From NCBI GenBank assembly GCA_964016885.1, contig OZ024742.1:223758001-223822000 (forward strand): 64,000 nucleotides of DNA. Reading direction: 5' to 3'. The translations under genes were made by a program, and so were the position numbers. Of the stretch, positions 1-13,297 are shown one piece after another (position 1 is the stretch's first letter; each line of letters opens with the position of its first letter). This DNA comes from Eledone cirrhosa (taxonomy: Eukaryota). The notes under the pieces are model-generated. The model had not been told where the DNA came from and ran no database searches. It saw only the letters and a program-made list of their open reading frames with translations.

Positions 1-139
1 TCTCATTCCACAATCCTGATGTACCTCTCTTGTTATGCTCAACCCATTCATACAAGCATGGATGTATGGATATACTCCAAATTTGCTTCCCTGCCTCCCA
101 TAATGCTGTTGCCATAACAAAAAGCACTTTCACCCTATA

Positions 140-650
140 AGGAGGTTATATTGGTAACATGACATGATGCAGCTCCAAATGCACAAGATGGTTGTACTGG
201 TAAAATGACAGGATATACCCAGTCCACTCTCTATACATGTCATGCTGATGACAGTGGAAAAAGCACTCAGTCCACCCGGTAAGGTGATTGTGATGGTGAC
301 ATGCCAAAAAGCAGTCAGTCCACCCTGTAAGGGAATCATGATGGCGACATGCCAAAAGGCAGCCAGTCCACCCTGTAATGGTGACATGCCAAAAAGCAGT
401 CGGTGCACTCTGTAAGGTGGTTGTGCTGGTGACACAACAAAAAATTGCTCATTCCACCGTTAGATGGTTGTTTTAGTGCCAAGATAAAAAGCGCCCAGTC
501 CACACCAATGTGGTTTGTATTAGGAAGGGCATCTAAGCCATAGAAATCAAGCCAAAATACAGATCTGTATGAGTAAGACATCTCATAATGCGACAAACCG
601 TCTAACCAATGCAAGTAGGGAATATGGACGTTAAATGATGATGATAATAA
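140..650 (+). repeat. RTE-LINE 3' UTR remnant with ~39-bp tandem units and (TGA)n tail
   Basis: Repeated cagtccaccctgtaa...gacatgccaaaaa units, then ttaggaagggcatc...ggacgttaaatgatgatga, matching the tails of the RTE copies at 53.3 and 59.2 kb. Confidence 0.65.
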
Positions 651-941
651 ACACTTTAAAATACACTATTGTAGAAAGGAGATCACTACATTAAGAATTA
701 ATTCTCAACATCCTCTAATGATTTATCAGAAAATATCTAAAAACATGTTTGTTAATTTAGATGTTTATAGTAACTTTAGTAGGGGATAGATTATTGTGAA
801 AATTTGCAATGCTAACGTGGAAGATAGACGTTAAATGATGATGATGATGATGATATACTCTTAATACTGTTTTGTATTTTTCAAAAATGTACTGAAATAT
901 GGTTTCATGCAGTACAAGACATTAAGAATTAACATTATAGA

Positions 942-996
<55 letters not shown>

Positions 997-1011
997 TATA
1001 TATAATATATA

Positions 1012-2170
1012 CAGGGTTGCTTAGTTCTTTGAGGACACGTCTTTTAATAACACTAACTTTTTTCGAACTTGTTCTGATTATCATTTCTTTTCAAATAAAT
1101 GATGACAGTTAACTCAGCAAATAAAAAGGTACTCTGTAATTGTTACCGTAAAGAGTAAAGATTTAGAGATTGTTCACTTCTTGAAAGTTGCATGGTCGTT
1201 TGTTGTCAAAGTCTGCAAGGAGCTGGAAGCTGCTGACAGGGATTCTACAGAAGTAGTCAAATGTAAAATGCCTGCTAAGTGCTCTAATACCATCAGAACA
1301 CCTAAATGTGTAAGGAAGATGCAGAAAATTATCAATAAGAACCCCAGAAAATCAATTAGCATCATTGCTAAGGAGCTCAAGGTTTCAAGACACACTAACA
1401 AAACAATCATGCTTGAGGACATTCGATACAAGTCATATGTGATGCAGAGAGGCCAATTCATGTTTGCAAAGACAACAGATAACTGTCTGATCCACACAAA
1501 GTGCTAGTTGAGGAAGTTGAGACATCAAGAGCCTGGAATGCTTTGGTTTTTCTCTGATGAGAAAAACTTTGATTGAGACCAAAATGACAGATGGTTATGC
1601 AAAGATCCTAAAGATGTTCCAAGGGTCATCCACACAAGAGACGTCATGCCTCCTCACTTCCTTCCTCAGGGTGTAAGGGCTGCTGACTATAAGGAGAGGG
1701 TTGTGATGTCTTGGATAGAGAGAGAACGATCAAAGGAAGATCATATACCTCCCAACAAGACTTTATATTGCCAAGATGACCCAAGAATGGATGAGTTACA
1801 ATCTACATGATCATGTCTCCCTAAACATATGGCCTCCTAGCTCCCAGACCGGAATCCGTTGGACTACTACATATGGGGCGTAGTCGAGAGGAAAGTTAAC
1901 AAACGCCTCCATAGCACTATAAAATCTCTGAAGTCTGCCATAACTAGCAAACTGTCCAAAATAGATAAAGATCATCTCTGATTTGGGCACGTCAATGTTT
2001 CAGACCTTGTAGTGAAGCAGTCATCAATGCTAGCGGTGGATTCATTAAGCAAATGAGTCAAGAAGAGTCTCAATATTAGCCATGCCAATTTTTTCTCAAA
2101 CTCTTCTTTTATGACTTATGCGCCTTTTATTAAATTCATGCAAATGTCCTCAAAGAATTGAGCAACCCTG
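1012..2170 (+). mobile_element. Tc1/mariner superfamily, maT (DD37D) DNA transposon, decayed
   Basis: TIRs CAGGGTTGCTTAGTTCTTTGAGGACA / TGTCCTCAAAGAATTGAGCAACCCTG, TA on both sides; transposase remnants WFFSDEKNF and NPLDY with stops and frameshifts. Confidence 0.9.
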
Positions 2171-2441
2171 TAAGTATGTAATATATATATATGAAATAGT
2201 AATGAGTATAAACGAAGTTGCAACTGCAAGTAGCGGATTCACATCCAATTGAAATTTGAGGACTGTCACGAAACACTCAATGATAAAGCAATTAAGGAAA
2301 TTGCTCCTCAGAGTGAACAGAATAAGTTAGATAATAGTGACACAAGGAATAATGCAACCAGAGGCATGTTGCCACATTAATAGTAACAACGAAAAATACA
2401 GACAGGTTAAAGACGAACCTGGAGAGACAAAGAGACAATAC

Positions 2442-4484
2442 CTTGTTTATCTGAATGCTGCTCTCTTTTCTGTTGTTGTAATTGTGCTGTATGTGAACGG
2501 AGACACCGAGTAATCCTCTGTGTTGTCTTTTCTTCTTTCTCTTCTTTATTGTCTTCTTTGTCTTTTAATTTTATTAGTTCATCTTTCTCTTTCACAACAA
2601 GAGAGTCAGTATCTCGTGTAGCATGTGTTTGACTAGTTTTCTCAGAGTTACTGGTGCTGCATGAGGTCGGTGCAGAGGTGGAAGTAATTGTCATTGAGGC
2701 AGAGTTAATAGGTAGTTTGTTGCTTCCGTGGAAATTTGACTTAATATCTAAATCAGACGATGAGTTATTGCTGTTAATACTGGTCACCGTAGATACCATG
2801 ACGGTAGTAGTAGTATTTGTGTTGTTGTTGGTGTTGGCGGTGGTGGTGTTGGCAGTGGCGGCGACAGTGGTAGTGTTGGGTATGGAGGAAACAGCTTTAT
2901 CACCAGATGAAATAATTGATTGATTGGCTGTCATGTGGAAAGTCGTTGTTGTGAGAGGGACAGCCATCGCTACACTGCCAGTAACAGCAGAAGAGGAGCA
3001 GGAGGCAGCGTGATCACTAGCAGCAGATGAAGGACGCGAAGATGTTGGGCTTGAGGCCCTTGACGACGCTTGCGAGGTTATATGACACTCATTATTTTGC
3101 TCTTCCAAATTGTTTTCTCGTGTTGGGTTTAAAACGTATGGTAATGCTGGTTTAGTTAGCAGCATTTTCAAGTTATCTGAATCCATAGAGGATGGTTGTT
3201 TTGGTGGGATTATTATTCTCAAAGGTGGTACTTTTAACAATGACGATGATGACGATGATGATGATGATGATGATGATGACGATGATGAGGATCTAGGTTC
3301 TTTGTCTGATTTTAAAGCAAATCTATCTTTGTCAGATCTAGTAGGTGAAGAAGAGGTACGAGAACCATCAGATTTTAAGGTCAACCCACAAAGATGGTCC
3401 TCAGTTGACGGTGCACAAGAGTGGAGCTCCCATTTCGTGGGTATTTGACTAGCTGGCCCGCTTGTTACCAACGTACTAGAATTTGTAATATTATTACTAG
3501 AATTCCTTCTTAGCGAAGTATTTGAAATAATGTTTGTGTCTACTGTGTGTATATCTCCTTGAATAATGTTGTTGTTGTTGTTGTTATTGTTATTTGTTGT
3601 TGTTGTGGTTGTTGTTCCTGAGCTAATAGCATTACCATGAGAATTGGAGGATGATATTGATGATGATAGTGATGATAATTCATGTGGTGCAAAATCAGAT
3701 GATGATGATGATGATGATGTTGTTGTCAAACATTTCAACTTTGATTGAGAAGTAGTAATGATATTACTAGTGTCCATGTCTTTACTTTGTGGAATGCAAT
3801 TAGAATCAGTTCTTATTTGTACTGGTATTTGCTGTTTAAGTATTTCAGGGATACCAGTTTCATCTTCAGCATCACTAATGTCCTCAAACTGTGGAGTAAA
3901 TGTCTGCACAGAATGAGATGAAACTGTCTCACCACTACTACCACTGCCACCACCACTACCAACACCACTACCACCGTAGCTTTTACTAGCTTCATCGTTC
4001 AGTTGACTATCACCACCCACAACACAAACTTTGTTGTTAATGCTTCCTTGATGCTGTAAACTTTCAGCTGCTTGACTCATGCTGGATACACGATTGTCAG
4101 GCTCAACACTGTCTATCATACCTGCTGCCACCATACTAGCCGATAAATTGCTAATCAATGTACTACTTAAATCACTAGTGCGCTCCAAAATGCGAGGTTC
4201 ATATAAGTCACTGTCGTTACTACTGTTACTCTCTATAAAGGATATGCAGTCTTTATGTTCTACAGTTACACTGTATGCTTTGTATTGTGTTTCAGTTGTG
4301 TCTTTAGATTTTTCAGACGTTTCTCCACTACACGGCACATCCTTGACAAGTTTGAGAAAAAGACGGGGTGAAGCAGTTTTCTCAGGAGATTTTGGCAACA
4401 GAGATCTTCTGCTGCCTGAGGTTGATGATGTAACACTTCTCTCCCATTTCAAAGCAGATGAACCAGTAATTCTCGGTGACAATT
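2442..4484 (-). CDS. ANKRD11/12: ANKRD11/12-family gene, large low-complexity exon 7; gene continues beyond window start
   Basis: tttttactAG acceptor, 2043-nt open exon within the 691-aa ORF, donor AAG|gtattg; phase 1 matches the previous exon. S/T/N-rich, with FEDISDAE and KVPPLRIIIP motifs; a large disordered exon after the ankyrin block fits this family. Confidence 0.85.
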
Positions 4485-5079
4485 CTAGTAAAAATATAGA
4501 TAAATAAATTTAATACACAGTAAATATAAAATATGCATATACAACCCCTATCAGCATGGAAAAGTGGGTGTAAAAACAGTGATGAATATATTTCATAATT
4601 ACAAAAAAAAATGACAGTTATAAGTTTGAGCTTTATGGCAGTGTTATCTTTTATGATTTAAAATATATTTTATTTGACTATATTTCATATGAAGTTCTAT
4701 ACCAGATGTTTTATCAATGTATTATATACCAATATATAATATATAACCACATCTAACACAAATATATATAAACACACAAAAAAAACAATAGTATTGCATA
4801 TCATGCTGACATATCCACAAAGATCCCCTCAACTAGACTTACAAATAACCTGTTAAAAATTGCCATCACCAACATCAGTAAAGCCTGTCTCAAGCCTAGA
4901 AGTTAATCAAGCCAGAGATTATCCTGGTTTCAAGAAGCATGAAGTAGCAATGAAAGTTCAAGAGTTCTCACTGGATGGAATGTCAGTTCATTGCACTTCT
5001 CAAATATATTTGGCAATCAGACAACAAAGGAATAACAACAATTAGCATTATAGTTTTATCTTCATCCACAGTATTTGTT

Positions 5080-5665
5080 CAGTCTTTTACTTTCTGAGTT
5101 AAAATCCTGCTGAGGTCATCCTTCAAATGTCAATAAAATAAAATACCAGTCAAGTACTGGAGTTGATATAATTGACTTTCTCTTCGCCCCCAAAAATCGA
5201 TGACCTTGAGCCTAAATTAGAAACCATTATTAATGCTTTGATTAGTAACCTTTAATTAGTAACCGTTATTAATTACTAATTAGGGTGGTGGATTGGCAGT
5301 ATCGATAGAGGGTCGGACGCCATGCTTTCCAGCATAGTTACGTCGCTTTACGATCTGAGTTCAAATCCCGCCGAGGTTGACTTTGCCTTTCATCCTTACG
5401 GGGTCAATAAAATAAAGTACCAGTAATGCACTGGGTAATTGCTGGCCTTGAGCCTAAAGTAGAAACAATTATTATGGGCGGTGGATTGGCAGTATCGGTA
5501 GAGGGTCAGACACCATGCTTTCCAGCATAGTTACGTCCCTTTACGATCTGAGTTCAAATCCCGCCGAGGTTGACTTTGCCTTTCATCCTCATGGGGTCGA
5601 TAAAATAAAGTACCAGTAATGCACTGGGTAATTGCTGGCCTTGTGCCTAAAGTAGAAACAGTTAT
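5080..5665 (+). repeat. Tandem cluster of tRNA-derived SINE family B (Deu/Nin-like core)
   Basis: Two near-identical ~190-bp units (5283-5465, 5476-5660) and a degenerate one upstream. B-box gagttcaaatccc; core gactttgcctttcatcct..ggggtcgataaaataaagtaccag. Other copies near 9070-9150, 20148-20325, 27805-27900, 41500-41660 and 63630-63750. Confidence 0.75.
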
Positions 5666-6559
5666 TAATTACTAATTAGAAACCATTATTAATGCACTAA
5701 AACTGAAATAAATATCTGTACAGAATGAGACAAAACTGAGATATAACCATTGCTTATATCCGTTTCATCATTCAGTTGTCTATCAACACTAACTTTATTA
5801 TTACCTCTTTTGTTACAGTATTTCTAATGAAATTTTAATTAATAAAAAAAATTAGAGAAAGATTTATTAATATTACAATTTCATTAAGATGGTATTTGTA
5901 ACATAAAATGTTCTATTTAAATTAAAACCTTCCGACATAATTTTAAGATGGATAGGTTTGTTTCATGTGAAACAAAGGAGGTTTAGGGCTGATATCAAAA
6001 GCATTAGTGCTTCCTTGATGTTGTAAAGTTTCTCAAGCCTAGATGTTCATCAGGCTAGAGATCATCCTAGTTTCATGAATTGTTAAGTGACAGAGTATAA
6101 AACTCCCCTCTAGATGTGACGCCAGTCCATTACTGTTGCTGTTATGACTCACATCTGCATAGGTTTAGTTGGCCTCCTATGAGGTCATATCTCAGGAAAT
6201 TTCAAGGTGGTATTAATAACAGGGTCCACAGTCCTATCATAGGCTATCAGACACAACATCACTTCCTAAATATATTTGATAATTGAAAGATAAAGAAATA
6301 TCTATAAACATTACATGGGCAATTCTAGACAAAATTAAATAATGTAAGACAATCTGAATGATGTTTTACTCATCCTGCACCTAAAAGTCACACTAACCAT
6401 TTTGAAAGTCATTGCTCACGAGTTTCAAATAATCAGTTCTTACATAAAATTATACTGGAAATTTTTTTTAGATAAATATGAACCCTTTAAAACAGCTTTG
6501 TTTTGTAAAAGCAAGAACAGTTTGGTCTGAAAAGGATTAGCATAAAAGTTTACGAGTAC

Positions 6560-6782
6560 CTTCTGAATCTGCAGTTCGGTCTTCTTCTTTTGCTGAAGAA
6601 GTACTTTCAGGAGATGTCGGAGAACGAGTATCATCAACACTTGAACTATCACTACTTGATGATAACATCTCTTTCCTTAATAGCTTTTCAGTATCAGCAG
6701 ACGCAGCAACATCCATAGGTGTTTGGCCTCTGCTGTTAGATTGCAGGGGATTAGCGCCATGTTTCAACAGTAATTCGACAAG
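6560..6782 (-). CDS. ANKRD11/12: ANKRD11/12-family gene, coding exon 6 (ankyrin repeat 3-4 and Ser-rich linker)
   Basis: ttttttccAG acceptor; LVELLLKHGANPLQSNSRGQTPMDVAAS...SSSSDSSS. The exon ends at 6560 or 6554 (both phase 1). Confidence 0.9.
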
Positions 6783-8146
6783 CTGGAAAAAATAGATACA
6801 TTTAAATACAACAAGCCTTTTAAAGCCATCTTCCATATCAAAACACACTTATTGTGGGGTTCTTTTTGAGGCAATGTTTTATATCAGGATGACCTTCCTA
6901 ACAGCAACCCATTTAGTCACCTCTTCGACATAAGGATATGGTCTACCTTTTCTAAGCTAGACACAAACAGTATGTGTACCTTGGTTTGTAGAATACGTAC
7001 ACTGTATCCATGCAAAACTAAAAAGGTTAGCATGATGAAGGGCATCATGCAGTAAAACATTATTTCAAAACATTCTGTTGAACCCATACCAGCAAAGAAA
7101 ATATATGTAAAAATGATATTATATATATATATATGAAAATTAAAGCATTTGAAATTTGTGAAGACAACTGGGAAAGAAGTGCATTTTATCACCCCCAATG
7201 TAGAAAACAAATGATGTTTTTGAAAAAATATGCATCTCTCACATAGAATCAAAGCAAGCAGCAAAAAGAAACCCAATTCGTAAAACAAATGGAGTGAATT
7301 TGGTCTGAAGTATTTTTGGCCAACCTGATAAGTCACAAATGAATTCATAAGGCCAGAGAAAATGTTAACTACAGTAGGTTCACAACAAATTGTATAACAT
7401 GCCATCTATGTGAGAAGGTTTGTAAATCTATTTATGGATTAAATAGACATAGTGCTCTACATCAGAATACCTTCTCAGTATACTGATATGCACACATGCA
7501 GCTTTAAAACATCTGACAAAAAAGATGCAGGCGTCTGGTTAGCTTAAAGAGGCTGCTGAAAAGCAGTGATAGTCTTCCTCAGACACAAATGGACAGCCAT
7601 TATGTATGCATACATATTTAAAATGAAATTTACAGCTCAGAGTTCTGTAGGTTTAGCTAGCCTCCTATAAGGTTGCATCTCATATGATGTTTCTTGAGTG
7701 TTTTAATGTAAGATGTATCTTGAAACGAAGTTGCGTGTACAAAAACAAAGTGTACCACCCAATCCAGGTATTGGGCCTTATAATCGTAAGTCTAATACTT
7801 TAACCACTAGACTGTTGAATATAAATATTAGAAACTGGAGCATAATATCATTAATATTATAATTACACAATTATCAATGGAGTTGACTTTGCTTATATAA
7901 ATTAAAATTTGAAATATGATCATCCCAATGTAAAAATTTTATAATAATTGAGAAAATCAGGTAAAATACTCCTGGAGAAGAAAAAAATGTGGACAGGCAT
8001 ATCTGCCAACTTTTTTCCACCTCCAGAAGTATTTTACCAGATTTTCTCAACCATCATTTAGAGTCTTTTCCGTTGGGACAACTACATTTCAAATTTTCCC
8101 AATATTTCTTAAATCAACTGTATGTTAAAAAAAAAATGAAATTTAC

Positions 8147-8289
8147 CTTTTGATGTCCACTAGCAGATGCATCATGAAGAGGCGTATCATTTTCTAAGCC
8201 ATGAACATTTACATTAGCACCAGCTTTTAATAGATGTTTAGCAATGATTAACCAACCACGGGTGCATGCTTCATGAAGAGGAGTCCAAC
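8147..8289 (-). CDS. ANKRD11/12: ANKRD11/12-family gene, coding exon 5 (ankyrin repeats 2-3)
   Basis: ttttacAG acceptor, AAG|gtaaat donor; WTPLHEACTRGWLIIAKHLLKAGANVNVHGLENDTPLHDASASGHQK; phase 1 in, phase 0 out. Confidence 0.93.
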
Positions 8290-8489
8290 CTGTAAAAGAT
8301 TTAAATTTATACATGTTAGGGACTATCCCAGTTTTATGATGTGTCAAGCAACTAAATGTATAGGACTCCCCACTAGATGGGACACCAGTCCACCATTAAC
8401 ACCACTTCATTTCCTAAATATATTTGGTAATCAATAGATAAAGAAATAATCCACAATTTTGTTGAGTTTAATGCTTTAGACCTGGCATT

Positions 8490-8825
8490 CTGGTGCCAAT
8501 GATGTTTGACTATATTTCATCAATTTGGTTTGGGCAATATGTGACTATATCTTAACATCCCAGTATTCTGGTCGTAACAATGTTTTACTATATCCCACTA
8601 TCCTAGTTCCAACCATGTTGAACTATATCCCACCATACCAGTATTTCAGTTACAACAATGTTTAATTATATCCCATCATCCCAATATTCCATTCTACCAC
8701 ACACACACACATTCCGTTTATTACTGTTATTTACATTGCTTTCTGCACATGTCAGCAAATGTTTTAGTCATAGCTTTAACCCAAGTCGTATTATATTCCA
8801 TCATCCTAGTATTCCAAATTACCAA
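8490..8825. repeat. Degenerate ~35-38-bp minisatellite
   Basis: Recurring aatgttt..actatatccca.catcccagtattc units. Confidence 0.55.
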
Positions 8826-9203
8826 TAAGAAATGGTGACACAGTTAGTGATACTTGGAGAAGTTAACTGACAACAAAATGATGCAATCTGAAAATGCAAA
8901 AGTATCAATCTGATAAAAATCATGCCATAAAGATGAAAAGGAGCCGATCACTGAATTGGACCACAGAAACTGTTCTTTTTGGTGTTTCCATTGTTGATAC
9001 TATCAGCAGTTATAAATAGACATGGCCAAGCATCCTGTCAAAGTTTTTAACAATTCCATCAACCCAGTGGGATTGGTACATTATTTATCGAACTCCCCAC
9101 CCCATTCAAAGACTGAAAGGTAAAGTTGACCTTGGTGTATTTGAATAAAAAGCACAGAAAACCAGAACAAATATTTACTCAGATGCCCTAATAACTGTCA
9201 TAT

Positions 9204-9504
9204 ACAGTTGTCCCCCGGTATTTACGGAGGTTATGTTCCTAGAGAAACCGCGAGTGAAAAACAGCGAATATTGGATGTTGTCCATAAAAATGCTTATAAA
9301 TGTCAAAACAATGTAAAATATAGGCTGGCAAATACAGTATATTATTAATAATTTAGAGTTAAAAAGTGTGAAAAAATATATATTGCCACGGAAAGAGCCA
9401 TAAAGAAATTGCGTAAGATATTTACGATTCCACGAATATGGTAGTTTCTCTGAATTATTAATTAGGTTCTAAAGAAAATTCAGTGAATGCCAGGGATAGT
9501 GTGT
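9204..9504. mobile_element. Tigger/pogo-like MITE remnant
   Basis: Starts TA|CAGTTGTCCCCCGGTATTTACGG and ends with a degenerate inverted copy (gtgaatgccagggatagtgtg|ta); no coding capacity. Confidence 0.45.
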
Positions 9505-9999
9505 ATCATTATCACCATTTTATATCTATTTTCCATGCTTGAATAGGTTGAGAGGTCATCAGGCTCTGAGACTAGACACGTGTCTTGATCATATGTTCCA
9601 TTTTGGCTTGGTTTCTATAGCTGGATGCCCTTCATAATACCAACCCCTTCACAGCGTGTACTAGGTGCATCTTCTCAGGGCACTGCCACTGTGCCTTTAC
9701 CATTGAACCAGCACTATTACTTTACAGTGTGGGCTGCATGCATTTTATCATGGCACCAGCCCCACCACTTTACAGTATGAGCTGAGTGTAGTTTAACATG
9801 ACACCAACACTACCACTTTATATATAACATACATATACACATAACCCTAACAAACTGTAACATGTATATATGCAAAGTCAACCTTGCTGGGATTTGAATA
9901 CAGTGCAGAGTCAGAACAAATACCGGGGCATTCAATCGGACATCTTTACAACTCTGACAATCCACCACCTATGCCAGAGGAATACTGAAGAAATATTAC

Positions 10000-10188
10000 C
10001 TGCAAAATCTTTCACATTTACATCAGCCCCAGCTTTAATAAGTTTTTTAGTCTGTTTTGGATCCCCTTTAATGACAGCCAAATGTAAAGGTGTTTCTCCA
10101 TGCTCGTTTCTTTTATGCACTCTTTTATCACCAGGTGTTCGCTTCGCAGACATCACAGGTGACAAGGATTTCGGAGAAGAATCTGTAG
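10000..10188 (-). CDS. ANKRD11/12: ANKRD11/12-family gene, coding exon 4 (ankyrin repeat 1)
   Basis: KRNEHGETPLHLAVIKGDPKQTKKLIKAGADVNVKDFAG; donor G|gtaata. The acceptor could give an exon start of 10188 or 10182 (both in frame). Confidence 0.92.
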
Positions 10189-10248
10189 CTTTCAAAAATA
10201 ATATTTGAAATTAGTATTATATATGAGTGTGTGTCAAATAATTATTAT

Positions 10249-10309
<61 letters not shown>

Positions 10310-11442
10310 TTGCACGGGGAGAAAATGTAATATGTGGGACAAACGAACAAAAGCATCTATTTTCCTCGATGGCACCACCACACGCTGGGCAATGCAATTT
10401 CTGTATAAGGGTGGTACTACATAATATTGAGCACAATTTGCAAGGCGACTGCTGGAAAAATGACTATGAGGCGACACAACAACATACAGATAGAGGAAAA
10501 CAATAGAGTAACTAATCATTCGTGTTAAGTGAAAGACATGAAAAGAAAAACAGTACCAGAGAACAACACGATACATCTTTGGTGCTAGTTCTTCATCAGA
10601 AGATAGACATATATACAGAGAGAAGAGGATATTTTAGAAAGAGAAGAAAAAGGAAGACAGATGAGAGTAATAAATAAAAAAGTAAAACAGAGAGAAAAAA
10701 AAAGGAGAGATAAGAAGAAAACGTGTAGTTGCTAGTCAGCCATCTTTAGAAAAAGGAAAATAAAAGAAAGTTGAAAAGGAAGACTCTTGTTTTGGAGAGT
10801 TAATGAAAGGGGAGATAAGTATAACATTTTCAGTATTACAGTAAAGACCTAAATTTTTCAAGTGCTGTTTTCTGTTTTTCAAGATTGTCTTGCTAATGTT
10901 GTTTCATGATGTCTGTTATTTCAAATATTTATAGTATCTTTACTAGTGGACAGATTGTGAGAATTTGCAATAAACTAAAGACTACTTTTTAATGTGATAC
11001 AGTCAGTGCTGTTTTGTACATTTCAAAAATGTCTTGCTGATGCATTTTATGGGGTATGGAACATTAAAAGTCATATGTGTGTGTGTATGTACATATATGC
11101 ATGTCTGTGTGTGTGTATGTACAAAGTCAACAACATTGAAAAGAAAAAAAATTCGTGGTGGTAAGTGGTTGAGAGTACATCTTCACAATGGATGAGACAC
11201 CAAGTCCATCACAAAGTTAACAACCAGTGAATTGAAGTGCTTTGCTCAACAACACAACATACTATCTGATTTAGAAATTGACCCCCTCCCCCTTACAATT
11301 GTTAGTCTTACAACCTAACCAGTAGGTTACACACCTTTCTGTATTGTTAGATAAGTGGCTTTTATTCAGAGGTCAATCAGTGACCTACTGATGCTTCTAA
11401 AAAAAATGAGGGAGCCATATTAACAGGATAGAAAAAGATGAA

Positions 11443-11899
11443 CCCTTTCGTGAGCATATTTTTAATGAAAGAAACTGATTATGATTTTCAAATCATTTTG
11501 AAAATAATCAAGAATGTTGAAGGATTTAGTAAAATTACTTTATTATTAATCTGGTGTTTGAAGCATAACTTAGCTTAGATTTTTACGTAAGATTATGTTT
11601 AAGGGGTTTTAGATAAATATAAACAGTTTAAACCTTTCATACCCATATTTCTTATAAGATACTGCACAGTTATTAGAAATATGGTAACGAAAGGTTACAT
11701 ACAATTTTCAAATATTGAAAACGATGAAAAATTTTGAAGGATTTAATAAAATAACTTTTGCATTAACCTGATATTAGAAATTTATCAACATTTTCTTGCA
11801 TAAAATTATGAATAACAGTTCAAATCTAAAGAACTTTATAACAACTGTTTTTGTTTCATAGAACAAAGGGCAGTTTCAAGTAGGTTGGTATCAAAAGGG
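11443..11899. mobile_element. piggyBac-type MITE, nested or composite copy
   Basis: Family with CCCTTTCATTACC...GGTATCAAAAGGG|TTAA termini; a second unit starts at the internal TTAA 11628-11631. Confidence 0.65.
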
Positions 11900-12015
11900 T
11901 TAATCTGATATTTTCATAGCTATTTGGGTATCAATTTTAGTTAGAAAAACACAGTATGTAGAACATTTACTAAGACTACTATAGAAAGGAAAAAGAAATG
12001 TTTCTCTGTACATAC

Positions 12016-12198
12016 CCCCTTGTGAAGATTCATCTGTCATTTTCATTAGTAATGCCATTTGTTGACGTTCAGATAAAGGGATGGGTCTTTGGCCACTACC
12101 AGGTGTTCGAGATGTAACACTTGACCCACTAGTAGGAGAACTATCTAACTGAATACTCCCACGTTTTCTCTTTTGAGGTGTTCCTTTCTTATCTATAA
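12016..12198 (-). CDS. ANKRD11/12: ANKRD11/12-family gene, coding exon 3
   Basis: ttgtttcAG acceptor, G|gtatgt donor, 183 nt. Encodes PLSERQQMALLMKMT, the N-terminal signature of ANKRD11/ANKRD12 (PLSERxQxALLMQMT). Not in the supplied ORF track. Confidence 0.92.
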
Positions 12199-12739
12199 CT
12201 GAAACAAAAATTACATTTAAAACATCAATGTAAATAAATTTGGAAGAATAATTTGTAGATCTTTTTTTGTTTTTGTATTGGAAGTCACTCCCAATGAAAT
12301 AATAAAAGAAAATATCCCTTTCCCCTCAATCATGACTGACCTTGAGGTTGCACATGCAAAGTTCCTCTTCAAGACTCAAACTTATGAAATGTGGGTGTTT
12401 TATTTTTTGAAAGACCGACAGTTGCCCAAGCATGCCAATTTCCCCTCACCATAGCATCAACATTGTCCAATGGAAAGGCAAATGATACAGTTTGGTATGA
12501 GTGTCATCACAAATCATGTTTACCAGCTGAGTGGACTGGAGCAACGCGAAATAAAGTGTTTTTCTCAAGGACGCAATACGCTGCTTGGTCTGGGAATCAA
12601 ACTCACAACCTTATGACCATAGTCCAACATTCTAACCACTAGGTTACATACCTTCAAACAAGATGGCTAGTAAACAGCAATAAACGAGACCTTCAACAAG
12701 ACAGTCAGCCCCAAGCAACCACTTCATTTGTGGGAGGTT

Positions 12740-13060
12740 ACAAAAGAAAATATGAGCCCTTGAAAAGTACAAGCAGAAAATGTAAAAGAATTAGGAATCA
12801 ATCAGGGAAATAAGATACAGGAAGAGAGTTCCAGAAGACAGATGTTTGAGGAAAGAAACTACTGGAGTAGAAACTCTTCTTACAAGAGGTGATAACCAGA
12901 GCGAAAGGATGAGAATTGATAGAAAGAGGAGTCATATGATTAGCAACCTTAAGAGGAGGAACAAGTGAAAAAAAACGCAGAAAACCATGAAAGTATTTAT
13001 AGAATATTTGAAAGCTGCAATTGTACAATGATGATGATGAAACAGAGCTAATCACCCAAC
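12740..13060 (-). mobile_element. Jockey/CR1-group LINE 3' end remnant
   Basis: Translation SSSFFPQTSVFWNSLPVSYFPD resembles the SFFPRT..LWNSLP..FP C-terminal motif of these LINEs. Confidence 0.65.
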
Positions 13061-13209
13061 CATGGGACCATAATTGATTATGAAAGATGCAATGGGTAGA
13101 GGAAGATTGTGGTCATCTACTACTGTCGTCAGATAATTATATTTATTAACCCAGTTTTACATAGAGAGAAATTAGAAAACAAAAGACAGATGTGAACACT
13201 GTATCTTAC

Positions 13210-13297
13210 CTTCTTCTTCTTGTGGGGAGCTTGGCATAATTATTTTCCTTTTCATACCTTTTCCATCTGACTGAACAGCTTTCAATATAGTCTTCTC
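13210..13297 (-). CDS. ANKRD11/12: ANKRD11/12-family gene, coding exon 2
   Basis: ttattttAG acceptor, G|gtaaga donor, 88 nt, reads EKTILKAVQSDGKGMKRKIIMPSSPQEEE; phase 0 in, phase 1 out. Confidence 0.8.

Noticed and set aside
1553-1570. CTGATGA...GAAA hammerhead-like string
   Set aside because: It is the FSDEK codons of the maT transposase and has no stems.
2654-4507. Plus-strand ORFs including a poly-D protein
   Set aside because: Antisense shadows of the ANKRD11/12 large exon.
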